A program made the translations under genes and the position numbers. Under the pieces are notes generated by a model that searched no databases, was not told the origin of the DNA, and was given only the letters and a program-made list of their open reading frames with translations. Below are positions 9,464 through 17,121 of a stretch of DNA of 39,924 nt, piece after piece; positions within the stretch are counted from its first letter, which is position 1; each line of letters opens with the position of its first letter. The DNA comes from an uncultured Enterobacteriaceae bacterium (lineage in GTDB: Bacteria > Pseudomonadota > Gammaproteobacteria > Eutrophobiales > Eutrophobiaceae): assembly GCA_964576645.1 (NCBI GenBank), contig CAZNWR010000002.1:1-39924 (forward strand), written 5' to 3'.

Positions 9464-10252
9464 ATGCATCCAATATTGAATATCGGCATCCGTGCGGCGC
9501 GCAGCGCGGGCGACCTGATCGTGCGTTACATGGATCGCCTGAGCGGCATTCCCGTGACGAGCAAGGGCAGAAATGACTTTGTGTCCCAGGTCGACCGCGA
9601 AGCGGAAAGCACGATCATCGACGTCATCAGAAAGGCCTATCCGTCCCATGCGATACTGGCCGAAGAAAGCGGTGCCCACGGACAGGACGATTTCGTGTGG
9701 ATCATCGACCCGCTGGACGGGACCACCAATTTTCTCCATGGATTTCCACAATTTGCCGTGTCCATCGGGGTCCAGAACCGCGGCCTGATGGAGCAGGCAG
9801 TCGTGTACGACCCGTTACGCCAGGAACTGTTCACGGCATCCCGCGGCAACGGCGCTCAACTGAACAACCGCCGTATCCGCGTGAGCCGGACGCCGGGGCT
9901 GGAGGGTGCCCTGCTGGGCACCGGCTTTCCGTTTCGAAGCCAGGAACACCTGGACCGCTACCTGAATATGTTCCGCATGTTCCTGCAGGAAACCGCCGGC
10001 GTCCGCCGAGCCGGTGCAGCCGCGCTGGACCTGGCCTATGTCGCCTGCGGACGCCTGGACGGATTCTGGGAGCTGGGTCTCAAACCCTGGGACATCGCCG
10101 CCGGCATGCTGCTGGTGCGGGAGGCCGGCGGCATGATAAGCGATCTGGACGGCATTGCCGATTGCCTGCAGACGGGCAATGTCCTGGCAGCCAATCCAGG
10201 GGTATACAAGGCGATGCTCAAATGTCTTGTCGCATGCGATGGCCGCAGCTAG
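9464..10252 (+). CDS. suhB: Inositol monophosphatase family protein SuhB
   Basis: 262 aa. It carries the IMPase motifs ILAEESG and WIIDPLDGTTNFLHGFPQFAVSIG. Confidence 0.9.
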   Translation: MHPILNIGIRAARSAGDLIVRYMDRLSGIPVTSKGRNDFVSQVDREAESTIIDVIRKAYPSHAILAEESGAHGQDDFVWIIDPLDGTTNFLHGFPQFAVSIGVQNRGLMEQAVVYDPLRQELFTASRGNGAQLNNRRIRVSRTPGLEGALLGTGFPFRSQEHLDRYLNMFRMFLQETAGVRRAGAAALDLAYVACGRLDGFWELGLKPWDIAAGMLLVREAGGMISDLDGIADCLQTGNVLAANPGVYKAMLKCLVACDGRS

Positions 10253-10260
10253 CTTATCCC

Positions 10261-10428
10261 GCTGTTTCGTTATGCGATACACATGGCCAGGGGCATTACG
10301 GTAGCCGGATGACGGACACGCTGTGAATACATCCATGTACGCTCAATCGCCGCATCCCCGCGGCTCACGATCCATCATCCGGCCACCGCAACGCCCTTTT
10401 TATTTCGGAATTTCGAACGTCTATCCAA
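10261..10428. repeat. Dispersed structured intergenic repeat, copy A (~167 nt)
   Basis: About 78-80% identical by hand alignment, same orientation, to 36261-36429. It contains a 12-bp stem (10301-10312 / 10375-10386) enclosing a small hairpin GCCGC-N6-GCGGC. Confidence 0.6.
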
Positions 10429-10450
10429 ACAAACTGACATTTTTCTTCTT

Positions 10451-11437
10451 TTGAGTTCCACTTCCCTGTCAAAGTCTGTTCTGGTCACCGGCGGCGCCGG
10501 CTACGTGGGCAGCCACGCCTGCAAAGCGCTGCACGCGGCCGGCTACAAGCCCATATGCTACGACAATCTCTGCCGGGGCCACGCGGACGCCGCCCGCTGG
10601 GGCCCGCTGGTAACCGGGGACCTCCTGGACACCGCCGCGCTGGACGCGGTCTTCGAGCAGTACAGGCCGGAAACCGTGATGCACTTTGCCGCTCTCACCT
10701 ACGTCGGTGAATCGGTTTCCGATCCCCTCGCGTACTTCCGGACGAACGTCGGCGGCAGCGTGAGCCTGCTGGAGGCGATGCGCCGCCATTCAGTCACCAG
10801 ACTGGTGTTTTCCAGCAGTTGCGCGGTTTACGGTGTCCCCGACCAGGTGCCCATCAGCGAGACTGCGCCCTGCCGGCCCGTGAGCCCCTATGGCTGGACC
10901 AAGTATGTGGTGGAAACCGTTCTGGCACAGCACGCCCAGGCCTCCGGACTCCGGTACATCTCACTGCGCTATTTCAATGCCGCCGGGGCCGATATCGATG
11001 GAGATCTGGGCGAGCGTCATGATCCCGAGACCCACCTGATTCCACTGGTTCTCGAAGCCGCGGCGGGTAAGCGCGATCAAATCGAAATCTACGGTGACGA
11101 CTACGATACGCCGGACGGCACCTGCATCCGTGATTACGTTCACGTCAATGATATAGCCGAGGCCCACGTGCTGGCGCTGCGCAGGCTGGAACAGGGCGGC
11201 TCAACCACCACTTACAACGTCGGGACCGACCATGGATTTTCGGTCAGCGAGATTATTGCCCGCGCCGAGGCGGTGAGCGGATGCAAAGTGCCGGTGACGA
11301 CGGTAGCGCGGCGGCCCGGCGACGCCCCTTCCCTGGTTTCCGATGCAGCGCGCATACGCAATGATCTTGGCTGGTTACCAAAGCATTCAGACCTGGACCG
11401 TATCCTGGCCAGCGCATGGGCCTGGCATAGGCGCTGA
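10451..11437 (+). CDS. galE: UDP-glucose 4-epimerase
   Basis: 328 aa. VLVTGGAGYVGSH Rossmann motif, SSSCAVYG, catalytic PYGWTK (YxxxK) and RYFNAAGA. TTG at 10451 is the only plausible start before the GxxGxxG motif. Confidence 0.85.
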   Translation: MSSTSLSKSVLVTGGAGYVGSHACKALHAAGYKPICYDNLCRGHADAARWGPLVTGDLLDTAALDAVFEQYRPETVMHFAALTYVGESVSDPLAYFRTNVGGSVSLLEAMRRHSVTRLVFSSSCAVYGVPDQVPISETAPCRPVSPYGWTKYVVETVLAQHAQASGLRYISLRYFNAAGADIDGDLGERHDPETHLIPLVLEAAAGKRDQIEIYGDDYDTPDGTCIRDYVHVNDIAEAHVLALRRLEQGGSTTTYNVGTDHGFSVSEIIARAEAVSGCKVPVTTVARRPGDAPSLVSDAARIRNDLGWLPKHSDLDRILASAWAWHRR

Positions 11438-11461
11438 ACAGGTATCACCGCCCCGTCGCGG

Positions 11462-12679
11462 TCAGGTGGAGAGGCTCATCAATTCCCTGAACAATTCCAC
11501 GTACACCCCAGCCGCGCGTTCCCAACTGAAACGCCCGGCAGCGGAAGTACGGCCGTTGCGGGCCAGCCTGGACGCGAGCGCTGTATCGTCCAGCAACAGG
11601 CGGATCGCGCGCGCCAGATCCTGAGGATCGCCCGAATGCGCAAACAGACCGGTTTCTCCGTCCACAATGACGTCGCGGACAACGTCAAGATCCGACGCGA
11701 TAACGGGACAACCGCAGGCCTGGGCCTCGACCATCACCAGACCCAGCCCCTCCCGGTCACCGCCCGCGGCCTCGACAAAAGGAAACACCGCAATGGCGGC
11801 TGACTGGTAGTGTGCTGCCAGCGATTTCTGCGTAAGCGCACCGAGGAACGTGACACGCGGCCCCAGGTGCAAACGCGCCGCGTGTGCCTCAAGGGCGCCC
11901 CGCTGCGGCCCGTCACCGATAATGTACAAATGGATGTCCGGATGCTCGGGCACAAGCGACTGTAAGGCATCCAGTAGAACCGGGACGCCCTTCTTTTCCA
12001 CCAACCGGCCAACGAAGAGCAGGCGGCGCGGGATACGCGGCAACCGGTTCTCCGGCGGTACAAACAGCGATTTCGTGTCCACGCCCATGGGCGCCACCCG
12101 CAGGCAGTCCCTGCGGGCTCCCAGAGCCAGTGCGTGCCGCACCATGGCATCGCTCACGACGGCAACAACGTCCGCATTGCGCATCACCCAGGACTTCAGT
12201 CTCCCGGCAAGGCCTCCGCGAAATGTGTAAAGGTCCGCTCCGTGGGCCGTACAGACTACCCTTACGTCCCTGCGCAAGACACGCTTGATGAATACGGCAA
12301 CCACGCCCTGCGGCAGGATCCAGTGGGCGTGAATGATTTTGAAATTACCTCGCGCAAGGACGCGCAGGCAGGCGATAAGCTGCGCAATCACGAAAAACGG
12401 CACCTGCAGAAAGCGCAGTGGATTGCTCCTGAGCTTTGCCGGGATACCGCCGTCATAGGCCAGTGTTTCCAGGAACACAGGCAGGTAACGGTAGCGGTAA
12501 ACGTCAACGTCATCCAGTCGTTCCCGTGTCAGAGCGCCGGCAACATGTGGCGCCAGCACGGTAACGTCAAATTCCGATGCTACCCGCCGGCAGAGTTCGT
12601 GAACAAAGACAGGTTCGGTGTCACCCTCCCGGCGCGGATAGGTGGAAGTAATAACCAGAAGGCCCGGTTTCGACGGCAT
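11462..12679 (-). CDS. GT4-family (GT-B) glycosyltransferase
   Basis: 405 aa. LLFVGRLVEKKGVPVLLDAL ... EGLGLVMVEAQACGCPVIASD is the typical GT4 E-x7-E region. Convergent with galE (24-nt gap). Confidence 0.8.
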   Translation of the reverse strand: MPSKPGLLVITSTYPRREGDTEPVFVHELCRRVASEFDVTVLAPHVAGALTRERLDDVDVYRYRYLPVFLETLAYDGGIPAKLRSNPLRFLQVPFFVIAQLIACLRVLARGNFKIIHAHWILPQGVVAVFIKRVLRRDVRVVCTAHGADLYTFRGGLAGRLKSWVMRNADVVAVVSDAMVRHALALGARRDCLRVAPMGVDTKSLFVPPENRLPRIPRRLLFVGRLVEKKGVPVLLDALQSLVPEHPDIHLYIIGDGPQRGALEAHAARLHLGPRVTFLGALTQKSLAAHYQSAAIAVFPFVEAAGGDREGLGLVMVEAQACGCPVIASDLDVVRDVIVDGETGLFAHSGDPQDLARAIRLLLDDTALASRLARNGRTSAAGRFSWERAAGVYVELFRELMSLST

Positions 12680-12789
12680 GGAATGGCAGTTTGGCGATCT
12701 CGAACCCCGGGAAACTCGGGCCTAAGGCCCCGGGCTCCGCTTTGGCGCCGGCGCCATGGATACCAGGGCGACAAACCATTCCTTACGGT

Positions 12790-13653
12790 TCATTGACCAC
12801 CCCCGCGCTGATACATGAGCGCGGTGATCTGTTCGGACACCAATCCGACAAGAAACACCATGAAGGACGCCAGCAGCAGCAGCGCGCTCATGTTCGTGAA
12901 ACGGTCCTGGGTAAAGTATGTGTAGCCGTAATTGATGAATCCGAGTATCGCCAGCACAAGGCTAATCGGAAAGAAAATCTTCAACGGGGAGTAGAGGGTG
13001 CCAATGCGGAAAATGATCAAAATAAACCGCAGTCCGTCGCGCAGAGGCTTGATATGGCTGCGCCCAGCCCGCCGCGCAGCCTGGATGGGGACATATTGAA
13101 CGGGGTAGCCCGCACGGAAGAACGCCATGGTGATGGTGGTGGGATAGGAAAATCCGTTGGGCAACAGATGCAGAAACTCGCGGAACCTGGCAGTTTCCAC
13201 CGCCCGCAGGCCCGACGTCAGGTCAACGATGCGGTGCCCGGTGATCCAGCTCGACAATACATTGTAGAAAGCGTTGGCGAAGCGGCGAAACAGGTTCGCT
13301 TGGGAGTCAGTGCTGCGGGCTCCCACGACCATGGAGTAACCGTTCTCAATTTCCGCGCACAGGCGCGTCACATCATCCGGGGAATGCTGGCCGTCGGCAT
13401 CCATGAATACCGTCACCGCGCCGGATGCGGCGCGCGCACCGGTCTTTATCGCGGCACCGTTTCCCATGCAGTATGGATGCCTGATTACGGTAGCCCCCGC
13501 GCTCTCAGCCACACTGACCGTCGTATCACTGGAAGCATCATCCACGACAATAACCTCGCCTGCCGGGAACAATTGCTTTAAGCGGGGGAGGATGCGGGCC
13601 AGGCCATCAGCCTCGTCCCGGGCCGGAATGACAATGCTGAGCGTCCTATTCAT
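12790..13653 (-). CDS. GT2 with two C-terminal TM helices (GtrB/ArnC/DPM1-like polyprenyl-phosphate glycosyltransferase candidate)
   Basis: 287 aa. LSIVIPARDEADGL ... VIVVDDASSDTT ... VFMDADGQH. The C-terminus (LKIFFPISLVLAILGFINYGY ... ALLLLASFMVFLVGLVSEQI) has the two-helix anchor typical of Und-P/Dol-P sugar synthases. The upstream gene's 3' end overlaps this gene's start by 8 nt. Confidence 0.7.
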   Translation of the reverse strand: MNRTLSIVIPARDEADGLARILPRLKQLFPAGEVIVVDDASSDTTVSVAESAGATVIRHPYCMGNGAAIKTGARAASGAVTVFMDADGQHSPDDVTRLCAEIENGYSMVVGARSTDSQANLFRRFANAFYNVLSSWITGHRIVDLTSGLRAVETARFREFLHLLPNGFSYPTTITMAFFRAGYPVQYVPIQAARRAGRSHIKPLRDGLRFILIIFRIGTLYSPLKIFFPISLVLAILGFINYGYTYFTQDRFTNMSALLLLASFMVFLVGLVSEQITALMYQRGGGQ

Positions 13654-15628
13654 TGCCCTCTCGATTTAATCGATCCCCTGGAAATCGGGGCTCCGTTTCA
13701 CCGGCCCCGATGTCTTTATGCGGCTCGCGCTGTAATACTTTCAGTTGCCGCCTGAGCTTGTTCACTTTTTTTCTGTAGGCCAGGTACGCCACGGGATCCT
13801 TGTCCAGTTCCTTTCGCACGGCGGAATACGCTCTGGCGGACTCCTTTGGAAGCCGAAGCGCAAGACTGACCTCCAGAAGATAGACGCGCCGGTGAACGGT
13901 GGGTGATGCGTGCACCGCCTTGACCAGATTAGCATAACCCCGCGCCAGATCCCCGAAACGAAGTTCAAGCGTGGCGGCAAGTTCGTACAGGGCGCCTGCC
14001 CGGTTGCCCGCATGACGCGCCAGGGTCACGATCAGGTGTGCCAGCTCGTGATGATCTATAGGCGGACAGTCACCCGACGCGACCAGAGGGACAAGTGTCG
14101 CTATTTCTCCGATATTTTCGAAAACCTGGCGCGTGCCGGCCGCCGCCTTGCGATCCGCCGTCTGCCACGATTGATTGTCGATGGACTTGCCCAGCACACA
14201 GGCATTGACCGCTATACGTTTCAGTACCGGGTAAACCTGTTTCGGGAAATCCGACTCCATGACGTCCAGCAAGCGGAGTGCCGTATCCGTATCACCTGAA
14301 ACGAGCAGTCGATTTTCCAGGTTCATGAGCGCCCGCGGTGACTCCGGATGCCACTCCGCCATCAATTTCGCCTGCAGCAGCGGCTGCCTCCACAGCTGTA
14401 CATTCTGCCAGGTTACGGCTGTAACCATCACGCAGTAGCCGACTGCCGCTACAGCCACCGGCAGGCGCAGCGACTTGCGCTCCAGCAGCCGATGAACCAT
14501 CCACGCCAGCAGAAATACCACGCCCAGTGATGGCAGGTAGTTTCTGTGCTCGAAGTAGATGTCCAGATTCACGAAGGTAGACTCGATAACGTGCCCCCCG
14601 AAAAACCAGAGCACGGAAAAGCTGAACGCGGGAGCGCGCCTGCGCAGTCCGACAGCCGCACCGACCAGCAGAACTATGCCGAGGCAGGCGAACAGCGTGG
14701 TGGGTGGCGACAGCAGGCCGTGGGAGACGGCGAAGTCATCGTGGAAAAGGCCGAAGGCGGCCGGGTGCGGAAATGCCAGGTTACGCAGGTAGACCAGGAG
14801 AACGCGACCCTCGGATATCAGCTTCTGCCAGGCCGAATAGGGCCGCGAGACGAAACTGTGAAGGGTAGGGCCGAGGTCGAGCAGGAAATAGCCGACTATC
14901 GCCAGCAACGGCAAAAGTAGAAAAACGCTGCGCCAGATACGGTACTTAGGAAGGCGTTGTGTGCCCCTCAGCAGCGTGACATCGGTGATGAGCGCGTATA
15001 GGGGCAAGAGGGCGCCGTTCTCCTTGGAGAAGACCGCCAATGCGGTACCCAGCACAATGGACAGGCTCATCACCAGGTAACATCGACGAGCACTCCAGCG
15101 GGGAAAATTCGACCGGCCCAGCATGAACCCGCAGACGCCGGCCATGATGAACAGGGCGGAAAGCTCGGTCATGCGCTGTACGACGTAGAGAACGGTATCC
15201 GTCAGCATGGGCTGCAGCGCCCACAAACCGGCGACCGCCAGCGCAAAGGCAGTTCCGCGCGTGCCGGGAATTGAAAGTGCTTTGGCGGCCAACCGGGCGA
15301 AACAGTAAATCAGTGCGGCCGTCAGCAAATGCAGCAGGAGATTCACGAACTTGAAGGCAAATGCATCGTACGGCCAGGCCGCGTGCTGCAGGGCGAAGGT
15401 GGCCAGGGACAGGGGTCGGCCCGTCGGCCCCGCTACGCCCCCGAATACATACCAGGAATAGCCCGACGTCCTGATCTGCTCAAGCGGGCCGAGGTTGAAA
15501 AAATCGTCGAGAAAATACCCGCTGTGCAGACCGGGCCAGTACAAGCCGGCCACCGCGCACAGCAACAACGCCAATCCGAGAAGCCCGGCATGGCGCTCGA
15601 ACCGCGGGTCAATAATGCGAAATTTCAC
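13646..15628 (-). CDS. TMTC-like polytopic membrane protein with C-terminal TPR domain (PMT_2/GT-C candidate)
   Basis: 660 aa, GTG start. YFLDDFFNLGPLEQI ... GRPLSLATFALQH ... FKFVNLLLHLLTAALIY is the N-terminal signature of bacterial TMTC-type proteins. About 10 hydrophobic segments are followed by TPR-like repeats. Confidence 0.7.
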   Translation of the reverse strand: MKFRIIDPRFERHAGLLGLALLLCAVAGLYWPGLHSGYFLDDFFNLGPLEQIRTSGYSWYVFGGVAGPTGRPLSLATFALQHAAWPYDAFAFKFVNLLLHLLTAALIYCFARLAAKALSIPGTRGTAFALAVAGLWALQPMLTDTVLYVVQRMTELSALFIMAGVCGFMLGRSNFPRWSARRCYLVMSLSIVLGTALAVFSKENGALLPLYALITDVTLLRGTQRLPKYRIWRSVFLLLPLLAIVGYFLLDLGPTLHSFVSRPYSAWQKLISEGRVLLVYLRNLAFPHPAAFGLFHDDFAVSHGLLSPPTTLFACLGIVLLVGAAVGLRRRAPAFSFSVLWFFGGHVIESTFVNLDIYFEHRNYLPSLGVVFLLAWMVHRLLERKSLRLPVAVAAVGYCVMVTAVTWQNVQLWRQPLLQAKLMAEWHPESPRALMNLENRLLVSGDTDTALRLLDVMESDFPKQVYPVLKRIAVNACVLGKSIDNQSWQTADRKAAAGTRQVFENIGEIATLVPLVASGDCPPIDHHELAHLIVTLARHAGNRAGALYELAATLELRFGDLARGYANLVKAVHASPTVHRRVYLLEVSLALRLPKESARAYSAVRKELDKDPVAYLAYRKKVNKLRRQLKVLQREPHKDIGAGETEPRFPGDRLNREGNE

Positions 15629-15720
15629 TGGTTGAGATATTGCGATCGCCTGGAAGCGACCCCTTGATCGGGGTCAATTACCTGACTGCCATCGCTGCGC
15701 GAAGTTCGCAGCCGGTACAC

Positions 15721-15749
15721 AAAACAAAAAAGGCCACTTTACGTGGCCT
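15721..15749 (-). terminator. Rho-independent terminator downstream of pilin gene 2
   Basis: The minus strand reads AGGCCAC-GTAAA-GTGGCCT followed by TTTTTGTTTT, 24 nt after the pilin stop. Confidence 0.7.
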
Positions 15750-15772
15750 TCATCAAAATGTCCCGCCGAATA

Positions 15773-16234
15773 CTACTTGCAGGTGGCGGGTAAGTATTTG
15801 GATCCAATCTCGGTGGCGGGCACGTTGGTGACCTGCCTGCCACATGCCCAGGTCTTGCCACCGTCTCCAGTTTCCAGGGAAAAGGTCTTGCCCTGGATTC
15901 CTTTAGCGGCACCTATCGTCTTGAATGTGGCAATTACCATTATCGTCGCACCTGACGCATTGCCGGTTGTAATGGATGTCACGTAATGACCCGACGACGT
16001 TCCCCCCAGGTCCGCGAGATTGACGGAATCAAAGCTGCCGTTATTCAAAAAATAATCGGTCAGCATGGTCTTGTACTGGCCCGTCAACTGAATCGCCTCG
16101 GTAACCTCTGACCTGGCCGTATAGTCCTGGTAAGAGGGGATGGCGACGGCAGCCAGTATCCCGATGATGGCCACCACGATCATCAGCTCTATCAATGTGA
16201 AGCCGTGACTACCTTGCCTTCTGTGAACGCGCAT
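15773..16234 (-). CDS. pilA: Type IVa pilin (second, divergent copy) with an 11-residue basic leader
   Basis: 153 aa from ATG 16234 (RBS GGGGAGAA upstream). [44 protein letters not shown], with a C-terminal Cys...Cys loop ([25 protein letters not shown]). The longer ORF-track start (16498) overlaps pilin 1 and is rejected. Confidence 0.85.
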   Translation of the reverse strand: MRVHRRQGSHGFTLIELMIVVAIIGILAAVAIPSYQDYTARSEVTEAIQLTGQYKTMLTDYFLNNGSFDSVNLADLGGTSSGHYVTSITTGNASGATIMVIATFKTIGAAKGIQGKTFSLETGDGGKTWACGRQVTNVPATEIGSKYLPATCK

Positions 16235-16322
16235 ATGTGTTCTCCCCACTTTCTGAGGCCCCGGCATCCGGGGATGAGCCATCTCGCCGGGCGAAACCCC
16301 TGCCCCGCGCTTCCGGTAGTTC

Positions 16323-16354
16323 AAAAAAAAAGGCCGCCGTTTTGAGCAGCGGCC
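16323..16354 (-). terminator. Strong Rho-independent terminator between the two pilin genes
   Basis: The minus strand reads GGCCGCUG-loop-CGGCGGCC followed by nine T. It is also flanked by T6 on the + strand, so it is bidirectional in form. Confidence 0.85.
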
Positions 16355-16419
16355 TTTTTTGGCATCCCAGCCGGGAATTACTCCATCAGCAAGTACATTT
16401 AAAACCGGAAGCCTGCCTG

Positions 16420-16869
16420 TTACTTGCAGGCACCGGGGGAGAACTTGCTCTGGATGTCGCTGTAAGTACCAGCCGTACCACCCTTTCCGCAGCTCCACGT
16501 CTTGCCGCCATCCGTCGTTGCGACCGCAAACGTGTCATTCTGGATAGCTGCCGCTACGCCGCTCGACTTGAATTTCGCTACGACGGCAATGGTGCTTCCG
16601 TTGCCGGCGGTAAACGTGATACCCGACACGTACTTGCCGGCCGTTGTACCACCCAGATTCGACAAGCTCGCACTGGCGAAATTGCCGTTATCGGCAAAGA
16701 ACTCGGCCAGGGACGTCTTGAACTGGGAGGTGAGGGACACCGCCTCAGAAACCTGGGCGCGCGCCGTGTAGTCCTGATAGGAGGGGATGGCGACGGCGGC
16801 CAGAATACCGATAATGGCCACCACGATCATCAACTCAATCAGGGTAAAACCTTGCTGGAGTGTCTTCAT
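16420..16869 (-). CDS. pilA: Type IVa major pilin
   Basis: 149 aa. [44 protein letters not shown], with a C-terminal disulfide loop ([25 protein letters not shown]). RBS AAGGAGAG lies 7 nt upstream. Confidence 0.9.
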   Translation of the reverse strand: MKTLQQGFTLIELMIVVAIIGILAAVAIPSYQDYTARAQVSEAVSLTSQFKTSLAEFFADNGNFASASLSNLGGTTAGKYVSGITFTAGNGSTIAVVAKFKSSGVAAAIQNDTFAVATTDGGKTWSCGKGGTAGTYSDIQSKFSPGACK

Positions 16870-16963
16870 TCTTACTCTCCTTAAGACTATTATTTACCGT
16901 TGAAAAAAAGCGCTTTATTTCACTCAGTGCCCCAAAACATCGACGGGGTCACGGACTGTAACA

Positions 16964-16979
16964 AGCAGCTTTCGTGCCA
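16964..16979 (-). promoter_or_regulatory. Sigma54 (-24/-12) promoter of pilin gene 1
   Basis: The minus strand reads TGGCAC-GAAAG-CTGCT, against the consensus TGGCAC-N5-TTGCW. GG and GC have correct spacing, about 95 nt upstream of the ATG. A sigma54 activator (pilR) lies in the same array. Confidence 0.7.
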
Positions 16980-17087
16980 ACCCTTGTTTTTTGTGACACG
17001 GTTCACGCAGGATGCCCTTCTGACCCCTTATTCTTCCTGACTCGCCCCTGCGGCTGCCCGCAGCACTGACCCTGAAAGAGGAAAAGC

Positions 17088-17102
17088 TGACAATTTTTGT
17101 CA
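17088..17102. promoter_or_regulatory. Perfect palindrome TGACAA-TTT-TTGTCA, candidate enhancer (PilR?) site
   Basis: 6-bp inverted repeat located about 110-125 nt upstream of the -24 element, a typical bEBP enhancer distance. Assigning PilR as the binder is inference only. Confidence 0.3.
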
Positions 17103-17121
17103 CCGCCGGGGACGTCAGGTG

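Noticed and set aside
9697-10336. 209-aa (+) and 173-aa (-) ORFs overlapping suhB and running into repeat copy A
   Set aside because: They are out-of-frame or antisense to suhB and give Arg/Pro/Gly-rich low-complexity products. Their ends fall inside the non-coding repeat.
12691-13581. 296-aa + strand ORF opposite the GtrB-like GT2, and 12134-12796 opposite the GT4
   Set aside because: These are shadow ORFs antisense to genes with clear GT2/GT4 motifs.
16235-16498. Extended 241-aa version of pilin 2 starting at 16498
   Set aside because: It would read through the intergenic terminator and overlap the 3' end of pilA1. The pilin signature begins right after ATG 16234, which has its own RBS.
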